NCBI GenBank assembly: GCA_040954595.2
Contig: CM082578.2
Span: 16,538,998 to 16,602,997 of the forward strand
Source of the DNA: Balanoglossus misakiensis
Lineage: Eukaryota > Animalia > Hemichordata
Reading direction: 5' to 3'
Length of the DNA stretch: 64,000 bases
The notes under the pieces: generated by a model
What the model was told of the DNA's origin: nothing
Databases searched by the model: none
Seen by the model: only the letters and a program-made list of their open reading frames with translations
Part shown: positions 1-12,500 of the stretch, in pieces
Layout of the letters: every line of letters begins with the position of its first letter
How positions within the stretch are numbered: the stretch's first letter is position 1
Translations under genes and position numbers: made by a program

Positions 1-3000
1 CGTTCTCATTTACACACTTCTCAAGGCAGGAAATTACCATATGCATGTACTGGCACAAACCAAATTTTGAACCAAGGGCCTCAATACGTGAAGTCATATA
101 TGCTCTCGCATCTTACTAAACAGAACAAATTTTATAATACAAAATGTATAAAATGATTATCAGAAACTGTCAACTAACACACAACGCTATCATAATTTCG
201 AATTATAGTACACTCAAACAAACACTTTCCTCATCTCTTATCACACACTATTCACGTTTTAAAAATTTACCGGTATACAAAACTTTGATAACGTTTCAGC
301 GTGGTATTGATTTTCTTTTGTCCAGAATGAATTTAAAGGGAGTAAGTTCTGTTCACACATACATTGCAGTTCAGGTGCAAGGGCAAAAACTTTCACTTCA
401 CAAAGCAATCCGGTACATGTAAAATCGGGTAGAGTATAAAATATATGAGGGGTCAGACTCTGTATCATGAAATGAAAATATATGTGGTTGGGGCAACTAC
501 TAATTCAACATCATCACAATGTCTGCTGAGAAATAATAGTTGGATGTCCAGGTGATTGAAATCACTTCTATTCTGGTGATGTTATGGTTGAAGGCTCTCA
601 CCACATAAAATCTAGTCAATGGGATCTATTGGGCCTTTCTTTGCTTTCATTGGGCAGAGTAACAAACTGATAGCAACCAAGTCAATGGCATGTAGCATAT
701 TTCATCAGCCATGCACTTTCATATGCAAATGTGTTTACATGGGTACCAGTGATTCACATTCAAAATGAAGTCCAACTGAAATAGACGGAAACAAAGGTTG
801 ATTCAGTTTATCAATAATGCATGTACAGCCCTTCTGATAATGGGCAATCCATAGAGAACACACATTTTTGACTGTGGCTTGGATCAATGCTAAAATTCAC
901 CACCATATATGTTCATGGCAGGATAACAAATTTGTATAAAACCTGGCAGGTAGAAATAGGAGAATTTCAAGGAGAGCATGTAGCATTAGCAATCTTTCTG
1001 TCGGGAAGTGGGAGTTCAACAAATGGTGACTTTTCAGCTAATAACAAAAAACAACACTGGTGTACCATTCATGTTCTGGAATATAATACCCCTTAACATG
1101 AACTTTAAAAAGCACACAGATATGAAAATAACATCAATTTCAAACAATAATGCAGGTTACAATACGTGTTATCTTATTATGCCCATTTCCATAAAAGACA
1201 AAAATAGCCTGTATAAACCATGTAGGACTACATATATCAGGGAGAAATAGACCACCAAGTCACATTAACACTACCCACAAACAAGATAATATTCATCATA
1301 GAAACCACTGCTCAGATAGATGCATCTGACATTTCACAGATGAAACATGTAAAGAAAATTTGTGTGGATACTCTACATTATAGTTCCTGGAAAATTGATG
1401 CTGGTACTCTGTATGAATAAACTATGTAAATAATAATGTAGGGGTTGCCATGGTGAAAACAAGATCTCACAGCAACAACCTGTATAATTTGAAAAGAAAC
1501 AATTATGTAGTAATTACTGATAGTGCATATTCTTTGCTACTAATTAAGGTATACCTAACACCACCTTCACTAGTTGATCATCTAACCCCACACCACCAAG
1601 AAGTACATAAACAGTCAAAATCCTGTTTAGACTATAATTATTTTGATGTCGACCCTGAAGACAACAGAGTAACCATGGAATTTGGACGTCTGCAGTGCTG
1701 TAATATTCTGTGCTGCACAACTGCAGGTTTTATCATCACATCAATCCTTTTTTCTTGAGACATTTTCCAAACACCAATGTGAGAACATATTAAATGAGAC
1801 ACATATATTTTCTCGCATGGGTGTGTTCACTGGAAACTTGACCAAGAAATCTAGCAAAATCGGTTGACGATATGTTCAAACTTTATGTCTGGACTTTGAA
1901 CATTGACACAAAAGATTGCGATAAAATACTGGGTCTGGGGTCTTATTTTAGAATGGAAACACACTATAGCTGTCAAATTTTAACTCGGACAGTCCAGTTT
2001 ATTTTCGGGCATAATTTAACAAATATGAAAAATACTTTTAAAATCCAACTTCTCGCATTTTCGTTACTCGACGGGTCAACAGTAATTCCGTAAATTGTAC
2101 TTTAACGCATTGGGTTTATCGAACGACTTCAACTCAACTGCCATTTTGAACGATCTGTCAATATTGCAAATGTCGCTCTTCGTTCAGTTCAAGCATCAGA
2201 AGTGGGATGGGCCCACAAATAAACCCGTTTCTGAACAATTTCGGGGACATCTTCGGAAAAAGCTGATAAAATTGAACCACACGATAGCTCTTGCGTTAAA
2301 GTTGAATAGCAGACGTTGAAAAATATCCACATTATGGGGATGATTTGAAAACGTTGCTAATGCGACACATCAAAACACAACGTCCGACATTGTAGTAAAA
2401 CGGAGGGAGTGCCACCGTCGAAGCGTCCGGTGTTTTCAACAAAAATACGTCATAGTCACGTATTTAGCGTAAAATTCGTTGCAGTAACTTTAACCTTGTG
2501 GTTACTACTAGTGTACATAGGCTTTGTACTTATACTTATGTGTAAACGGGCTGGGATATATATCGAGTACGCGGGTATGACAGAAACGATGGACGACGGT
2601 TTATACGGTAATCAATGCCAACCACGGGCATCTACTACACTGTCGTACAGCGTAAACACGGAAGACGAGTAACCTCCCGATAATATTGTTGGTTTTGCGT
2701 TATATGAAATGGTTAGTGGCACCTTACCATTAAATACAGCTATATTTGCGGACTATGATTGTATCCATTGGAAGTAAACCTTACCTGGCAGATATCTCCC
2801 TCTAACTCTCGGTGAACGTAAAACCTTGTACGGTGTGTGTAGACGAGATTACAAGAAACTCTGCTTCGAATACGGAGGAAAAACGTCTTCGTTTGCAAGG
2901 GTAAAGTAAACTCCACACTTATAAAACCTTAATCCTTCGGTCAAACGCTTTGAGTAGAATCTGTTTTGGCTAAAACAGCAAGGGCATAGCATTTATGTGA

Positions 3001-5463
3001 TTGGCATCTCTGCATCGGATAGACTATACCCATAGTTGAGCGTGTTTCAACTTTACACCACTATCATGAGTAATGGCGGCCATGGAACATTCTAAACAAA
3101 CGGGGTTTCAGAAACTGATTGGAATGGACAAATAACAACTGCGCAAGCTCAAATAATGACGTAATGTGTGCTGGTCTAACGCATCTCGTCTTCTGTGTGG
3201 CGGAAAATTACTGAAACCTTCCGAAGTCTCGATATTTTCCCCCTTTATTTTTCGCACAGTATTGTCGACCGTTCATTATTCTAACCTACTAAGCCGATTT
3301 CTACCGTTTTTGGACGACATCGATGTGCATATTGAGCGTAAGATTGGTTCTGCTGTCGGATCCAAAATGGCGACGGTGAAAATATTGGAAAATTACGTTG
3401 GCAGAAAACAATGATTGCTGATGTCGTCGGTGCTCGGTACTTTACAAGATATAATGACTGGTCTTGATTGAGTCTAAGCGTAAAATGATGTAGAATTCTC
3501 TTCAAATTCGACATAGTTCGTTCAGTTTTGCTCGGTTGTGTTGTAAAGGGTCGGATATAAATATGAAATGCAGTCGCTGGAGAAAATTTGGGGCAAAAAG
3601 GGCGCGGCTATGATATTGACAGACACGTCATTCTCTGTACCCGTACATGTACAGTACGTACATAGCAGGGCCACGAGAGCATACGTGATAAGAGTATTCT
3701 TTTCGCCTTTCTATTTTCATGATTGTTTCAGGCGATACATATATACAAGACATCTCGCTATAGTTTATACTGTGTAGTACATTTCAATGAGAAGCCCGTC
3801 CCCAGAGCTTGGATGACACTTGAAATGTACAACGTATCGGACTATCCACGTCTTCGGTAGTACACACTACTGAAGGGGTGGACGGACTGCATTCGTTGAC
3901 TTGCTGTTCGTGTGTACTTAGTTGTTTACACATTTATCTCACGTTTGAGTTAATGCGTTTCGAGATGTCAAATTGCTGTTTCATAAGTCCAAATTATGGC
4001 AGCACGCACCCTCCGTTGTGCAGAGTGGTCCCACCTCCAGGCGTATGGTAGAAAAAATGGTGCCACGCCCAAGTTTGAATGACAGTATGGAAAGCTGGCA
4101 GAGAAATGGCGTAGTACTAGTTTATGAGACAGTGGGTAGACCAGGCCATGTAAACTAGCAAAATTTGACTACTGTAGTCTGATATAATATGTCTCGAGAC
4201 ACTTTTACATAATTGTTTCTGACATATATTAATTTGTAGTTGAATGGGAATAGGTGTTCATTATTATCATTTGATTGTGGGAATGCTTTGAGTGACAAAT
4301 CAGGTAATAAATAAAAAGTGTAATACTCCTGTATGTCGCCATATTATGGTATGTTTTAAATACAGTTTGTATGTAAGAAGGGTTTAGCGGCACTAATTGA
4401 CGTTCACACTAACATTTCAAACGGTACAAGTGGAATATGGAAAATGAACAAGATACTTTCTTGCACAGGGGTTTTTGTTGAAAATGCAGTAATTGATATT
4501 GGAAATGAAAGTCTTGTACAAGTAGGATTTTTTCCCATTGAAACCTCATTGCAAGGTTAAGAGGACTACGTTGTAAAGATGTGTATCATATTCTTTTGTA
4601 TAAATAAAAAGGATTGTTGGTATACAGTGCACTGTTATTTCATTTTGTAAAATCTAACAATCTTGAAATTAAACTCATCCCATTTCATTTGAACAAAGTC
4701 CAACTTTCCCACCTGAAACAACGTACAAGTAAATAATTGAACAAATAAATAATAAATTGGTTGCAACCACAATATGGCCAATTCCATCAAACTATACAAG
4801 GCACAACGAGTTAACTTTTTGTGCCCATTCTGTCCCCAGTGAAAGTCATGGTAGTCATTCTATACCCTTAAAAATGGCTCAATGGAGGGAACCCAATGAA
4901 TATTGAAGGCAACTGAAGCTAATTATAAATTTTCTATTTCATTTCTCATTAAAAACTAAAGATATGATCTGCCTACACTAGTCAGTAGCACTCTGATTAA
5001 TTGACCGGGGTGGGGGTGTGAGTTAAAATAAGGATAAAACAATAATGTTTAGAGGAAATATAACAAAAAAATGAAGGTGATATGAAAGAAAAGTGCCCTG
5101 TCAATAAAAAAAATTGTGAGATAGTCCATTGTAGCATTTCTGCCACAGTGTGAATCTGTATTTAACAATTCACACATACATATATTTTATAAAGCAATAA
5201 ACCGTAATTTTATTTCTTTCGATAAGACATGTAAAATGCAGTCTATAAATACGCGTTCTGTTTTGTTATCCAGGACCTTCCCACACTACCCTGTGGGTCC
5301 TCCCACCTTTCCCAAGATTCCACACAATTTTCAGTCGACGCATGCTCAGTTACATTCAAAATATTGTCCTACACATCGGCAGGTTGTCGATAGAGAAAAA
5401 AAATCGACAGATTTTAAGATCGGAACGTTTTCTATGCTGGGTTAGCAGTCTAAGGAAGGGAAG

Positions 5464-6497
5464 ATGTTAGATCCATCATCGAGCGAAGAAGACTCGGAAA
5501 ATGAAACGGTCGAAGACGAGACGGCTGAAACGCTGTCGGTACCCAGCCAAACAGGTACGCTCCGAACCAGTGCTTCGAGCAACGATTCGTTGCAAGCGCA
5601 GCCGCGGGGTCAGAGCATTGCCCGCCCGGCTAGTCCGAGTCCGTCGGTCATCAGCGAAAAGGAACGGGAGGAGGCCGAAAGGTTAGAAAAAGAAGAAGAA
5701 GATAGGAAGAAACGATTGCAATTATATGTGTTTGTAGCGCGATGCATAGCGTACCCTTTCAATGCAAAACAACCGACTGACATGGCAAGGCGACAGACTA
5801 AAGTCACCAAACAGCAATTGGAAACCATCAAAGAACGATTTCGTGCTTTTATAAACGGAGAAACCCAAATAGTCGCCGATGAGGCCTTCTGCAACGCCGT
5901 TCAAAGCTATTTCGAAGTGTTCTTGAAAAGTGATCGCGTTACTATGATGGTGCAAAGCGGAGGGTGTTCCTCCAACGATTTCAGGGAGGTCTTCAAAAAT
6001 AATATTGAGAAGAGGGTGAGGAGTTTGCCGGAAATAGATGGTCTGAGCAAAGAAACCGTATTGAGTTCTTGGATGGCAAAGTTCGATGCTATTTACAGGG
6101 GCGAAGAAGATCCAAGGAAACAACCACAGAGGCTAGCGGCCACAGCTGCCTCAGAGCTGATCCTAAGCAAGGAACAACTGTACGAAATGTTTCAGAATAT
6201 ACTGGGAGTGAAAAAGTTTGAACATCAACTTTTGTACAATGCCTGTCAGGTTGGTATTCAATTTTTTTAAATCCTTGGCAACACTATGCAAGGATGCTCA
6301 AGAAAACTTTTGGAAATAACTCTGACTCTAGAGAGGGTCTACACTACACACGTGCAATAATTGTATCAATGGGGCGATATTTTCGTATTCCGGTGTTAGG
6401 GTCGCAGTGAAAATAGCAACCCACTGCTACAATTATTGCAATTTAAATATATATGTACACACACACACACACAAAACATCGTTCTGATGAGCGTGTG

Positions 6498-6533
<36 letters not shown>

Positions 6534-9500
6534 GAAGAATAGTTGTAATGTTGTACATAACGTAATGTACATAACGTGCAATTTACAACCCAAAAAGTTG
6601 GAAATTCCTTTAAAGTTTAAAGTAACAGACAAAAAGCATGGTAATCATTATTTTATTTGTGTCTGAGGCCGTAAAATTTAAGTGCCCATGTTTTTACTGT
6701 CAAATTATTTTTGCAATCAATCACTAGAAATTTAATTAAGATATCCAACATCAGCCTACTTAATAGGCAAGTCAGTCTTGGGGTGAGCGGAAATATGTAA
6801 AGTTCCCTGAGACCATGTGATATTGGAGTTTTATACTGATATCTTGTTTTTATGACCATTATATAAGTTCAGTATGCATATAACACTGAGAATTCTTTAA
6901 AAAATAAGATCAAGAAATAAGGTCAAATTGTGATGATTTCCTTCAGTCCACCAGTCGTTGATTTCTAAATTTTGAGGTGATTGACAGTGGGTGGCTATCA
7001 CATAAAATAGTATCAAGCCTCAAGACCTTGAACTTGATTGAAAGTTTAAAAGCCAAGGTGAATTGCAATAGTAGGATACTGGGGAAATGAACAGTGAATG
7101 CTAACAATTACGTCACTGTTACTGTGTTGTAAAAACATAGCCAATCAATACTGGGGGGGGGGGGGGGATTGCTATAAAAATGAGTAGATACAAAAATAGA
7201 GAATATTATTGATGACTTCATGGCCCAGCTAGGGTGTTTTGCGTTTTTCTCCTCCCTTTAATAGGCTCTGGCAAGAGATGTGTCAATACCATTTGGATTA
7301 AATTGACCTAGAAAATCCTTAAACAAATCTTGATAGTTGAATATTGCATAATTCAGTATTTGTCCACAAATTTGCTGCTGAATTTGGCCATAGAGCACAG
7401 TCAATATGTGCTTACTGTTTTGTTGTGCCTCACTGGTACTTGGCACTGTTCTGCATTCCATGACATACCCTGTATGTACAAAGTGTCACTGATAAATGAT
7501 CTCACAATTCTAGTGAAAAGGGCAAATTTCACAGGGGGGGGGGAAATCATTTTGAATCTTGAAATATTTGTAAAGACGCAAGGTAATGAAAGGAAAGGGG
7601 TGAAATTAAGTCTCTGTCTTACTTGATCATTCTCTGAATATTAAAATATTTCAGCGTTTGCAGTGTGTGGTAATTGTGCAACCTTTTACTTGTCTGACAC
7701 CACTATAAAGTGTGAAATCGATTAATCTGTCAAATTTTTTATTAATATTGAAAATGTCATGAAGAGAAGATTGCAATCAAACTGCAGTTCCCACTGATAT
7801 GCAAATCTCCATGGATGAATAAGATTAGAGTATAAATATTAATATTCACTGAATGAATGAGCTGTCAAACAATTAACTGAATTCCCTTTGTAGTTTTTTA
7901 AAGCCAGCATTAGGGGTAATATTTCACATATTGAACATTTTCAACCCAAAATGTTAAAATCTGATGGTAGTATTGCTGGTATGTTTCAATAGTTTTTACC
8001 CTGCATCCAACCTTCCAAACTCTACTTCATGAAGATCTAATTCAGCAAAGATGCTGATTTTGATTATTAAAGCACATCTTTTTATGTGTGTGTGTATTCA
8101 CACGTTTGTTGCAGAAATGAACATTACCAAAGTCAACTTCCTGCAGGCTAGGCAATCTGCATATTAACACATTAAACACCATATTAATTCAGTTTACACT
8201 AAGATACTGACAGGAAGGAAGTTTTAATTATGAATGGAAGAATGCATAATGTGTGCTTTTTGCAATTCTGTATGCGAGATAGAGTCTGTGTCTGGTTTTT
8301 GTCAGGATACGCTGTTGGTTCACTGCAAACTTTTTATTTGAAAAAAAGATTCTTGATTTCTGAGTAGGATCTTAATTCAGAGTTTTTTCATAATAAAATA
8401 TTTCTTTATATTCCTGTGATAAAATGCGCTTTGGATTAATTAAGAAAAATAAAATGGAATACCAATATTGCAACAATACATTATTGCTATTCATCTTCTG
8501 GGTGACCTCAATTGCAATAACCTAGATCTTGGTGGATCAAAAGAAAGAATGACCTTGTTTTTTCGTACGTGCGGATTTAGGCAAAGCGCATGTGAAAATC
8601 CGAGCCAGATGTGGTTAATGATGCTGTGTACATTATCTTGGAATGGCCCCAGAGTATCATGAAAGAGGGCTTTCATGAGTTTTCTTGTTGGAAATATTGT
8701 TAATAAATGAGGAATTATGATAAAATTCTGCACAGTCGTGGATTTTTGTTATCTTGATGAAAATATTTTTAACCTGACAGGTGGGTAATAGGCTGAAATT
8801 TTCTCATTGAGTGATAAGAAAATTGGCCATTTTAAGATAATTCCCAGTGTGACCTGACAGCTTTTCTAAAGTTATGTTAAACTGTGGTTCAGTCAGACTA
8901 TGATTTTGGTGATGAATGAATGAAAATAACAAAAAAATAAGTACTGGTTTGCCAAGTGGTACTGGTTTGCGGGTGCCAGACCGCATCCCACATTTTACAT
9001 GTTCAGACCCCTTAAGCTCTGTACTCAAAAACACTTAAACTTAAAGGTACCTTGATTGCAACAATTTTAAATTTGTTTGCCTGTTATTACACCTATCAGT
9101 TGTTACAGACATAGCATTTATAGCCTGTGACAGTCCATGGGAATGAAGTGAATCAGTCTCGTTGTTGTCGCACTTCCGTGTGCATGTACTCTGGATAAGA
9201 TTCACACAGTTGAGTAGACGCAACAGTTTCCAAGATCTTTGTCTAATCTGATGTTTTCTTGGATTCTGTTTCCGGGCTCATACTCAACTGTTGTGTGATC
9301 AGTCCATGTGAAAGTTGACCATATTGCCATGTTAGGGTTGGGGGGGGGGGGGTACCCATTCATATATTAAAGCACTGACTATAACCATTGCCATGACTAT
9401 GCAGGCCACGCTGTATAGTATCTGTTGCCTCACTTTCAAATTCCATACCCCCATCTCTGCCACAGATCAACGATCAGACACAGTCACGGTCAACGATCTT

Positions 9501-12500
9501 ACACACTCAGTAAGCATGACTGGCAGAATAGAAAATGTAAATTCCAGACAGTCACAATACCATACCATCCAGAGTACCCTGGAATGTTCAGGAGATTAAA
9601 TAGTGCCGTGGGATAGATAGTGTGTCAGCAGTTACACCATAAGCTGACTGCTGGTATCAGGCTGGTTACATTTCTACCAGTCCTTTATATGAGACAAAAT
9701 AGCTCTATATGGCAGTGGATGCCTGAACTTTTTATTTCCCATCATTGACAGCAGGTGTAAGCTGTGTAGTAAACTTAGGTGAGGTTCACATAAGGCAGTT
9801 TTGCTCAACTCGGGATCTGCCCTGATATGTGGCTGGTCCTCAGTCCCTCTAAATAAAGATGAGTTGGAGAGGGTAGTTGAAAGTGCAAGCGTGGGCCACG
9901 TTTCCTCTTTCTTATTGCTCTTCTTTTTTGCTCACAAAAGAGAATGTTGGCAACAACTAAAATCAAGCAATTCAGTTAGAAACTAATATTGACTGATATC
10001 TAAGTATGTAGGTGGAAGCTGACTGCATTTCCGTTTGTAGAATTATTGATCAGTAAACGTGAACAAAACTAGACAATCCAATGTATTGTATATCAATCTT
10101 ACTCATTGAAGTCGGATAATCTGATCAGTATCCATAGATTTGAATGTAATTATATTTCTCATTTAAAATTGCACTTGGATGAAAATTATGATTTCTTTCC
10201 ACTTTTCTTGAAATTGATTACTCACTTATCTATCTGCTTCAAGGAAAATAGGATTTTGTTCACATGATATTCAAGATGAAAAGCTGAATGATGATATTAG
10301 TATTTCCTGTATAGATTGTTTTGTGTGCTATCGATATGTGAAGACAAGGCCCCCACATCAATAAAGCAAGCTTGTGCAATTGCTGCTGCTGCAGAATAAA
10401 GTTATGACATGATGTCTCTGTAGATATGCTAATGATGCAGTGGGTGTGTCCCTAGCAACCAGGAGGACATTCATGCTCATAGTGACGCATGTGAAATCTC
10501 TGTCCTTGAATTTGGTTGCTATGTGGGTGTGTAGGTAATGTCTTGAATATGGCTAAATTCAAAGTTTATTGCAATGAATGCAAGTTTTTTTATGATGTAT
10601 TCAGAGAATACAGATGTAATTTTATCATTTTTGCATGACTCAACATGATGTGTAGTTATTGATTCAATGAAAACTGATTGCAAAGTACCCTTTTCGTCAA
10701 ATTTTACTTCCTCTGAAGACATGAGAAATGATGTTTTATTCAGATGATGTAGATTGTCACATGAGGATATTCGTTGTTGATTGTGAGTCTGATTATCGTG
10801 ATCTTCTTAATTTGAGTCGGAGGAAGGATGTAGAAACATAAATAGTTATGAGAACAGTGATCGCAATGACATGAATATTAATAAAATATCACAAACTGCT
10901 CACTGTGCACAGTAAACTTTGGATACAAGATGTAGAATGATTAAACTGTAAGATGCATGGTATGTTAATTATTCCACTCAAGTTGACAGTGTGAAGACTC
11001 ATTGGTCGATGATTTCACTGTGCAAGATGGTTTCACATTGTTGCATTCTTCCCCAATTCATTATGGAGCATGATTAGTAAATGTACTGTTAAGGTGAATT
11101 GGGCAATCAGTAACCGTAGCAACCACGTTGTTGGATGATTGTTGGTGATGATGATGATGGTGATGATGATTACTTGGTGTGATGGCCAGTATAGGTCATC
11201 TCCGCCAGGTCATCTGTGCCAATGTCACATGTTCATAATTTACACACAGAGGCAATCAATTGCAATGCACCCTGGGAAATTGCCAGTCACATGATGTCCG
11301 TGAGGCCCCAATGGGGTATTCTCATTTCATTGACTGAGTGGATGTTGATATTGTGACGTTCACATAAAAACACAAATCTGTATTATTGGTAATAATCTTT
11401 CACATCTCAAAATGCTTTTCTGTGATAGTAAAATACAATATATTCATCAATTATTTTCACCAATGGATGAAAATGTCAATTTCTGTTAGTGCTGCCATCC
11501 AGTTTCATTTTAAAATGAATGATATTTTAACCCATTGGCCAGAATATATGTATGATTTTACTCAACAGTCAGATGGGATGTAATTGCTAACTAATCTGTG
11601 GCATCAAATTAGAATGAGTATTTGTGATACTGCAGTTATGGCCAGTGACTATACGCAACCATCTCTGGCAGATGGTGCATTGCCTTTCGTGTTCCCATCA
11701 CCAACTGACAACTTAAAACCCTGTGACATTGTAAGCTGCGGCTGGAAATTGTAAATCCGTGCAATGACCTGAAATGTTATATCAACCCATTGACTGGCAA
11801 AGTGGCGTCTGAGTTCCCAATAGCAATTATACGTGAAACCCAGTGTCTGGTAATTTCTGTATACATCCAGATGGGTTACACTACAAACCCAGTTAGAACT
11901 GACTGATTTGTATAACATTATCTGTGTGCATCTCAAAATGCGTATATTGCAAAAAAGCAACATGATATACACAATATTTGCATTAATTTGTATATAAGCT
12001 CATTTTCTGATAGATTTGTTGGGCAGTTGTATGGGAAACAGTTGCATTTGTGTAATACGTACCATGTAACATTTATTGTGTTTTCTAGGCCCACAATCCC
12101 CTCTCAAAACCAAAACAATCAAAGAACAAACAGAACCTACAACAAGCTGATCAGGCAAGGAATTTTAAGACGAAGAGCCAAGCAGCCTTTCCACATGACC
12201 TTTGTGTAACTACACTTGTAATGTCAAGACACCAACTGAGTTGTGTCCACAGGCATTCTGCAGTTCCTAAAAAATGTTGACTAAAACAACTCTCTTTTCC
12301 CCCATTTGGTTTGATATCCTACTCAGTTCGAATTCCAAAGACAGTCAAGCTGTGAACAAGCAGCGCATACTCGGCTTTGCAATCAGCCAAGTCATCTGTG
12401 GTGGTTTCCGTGGCAACCACTGTGTCGCAAGAATGCTGTAGGCATGGCATTGTAATACACAGCTGTACAATGGAAAATGAAAGTACCTGTAACACAATGC

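Noticed and set aside
453-517. Minus-strand TGATGA...CTGA pair suggesting a C/D snoRNA
   Set aside because: No terminal stem, and I could not identify an rRNA-complementary guide. A snoscan or Infernal run would be needed.
2780-2791. CTTACCTGGCAG resembling the U1 snRNA 5' end
   Set aside because: Downstream sequence does not follow U1. It is simply a minus-strand splice donor.
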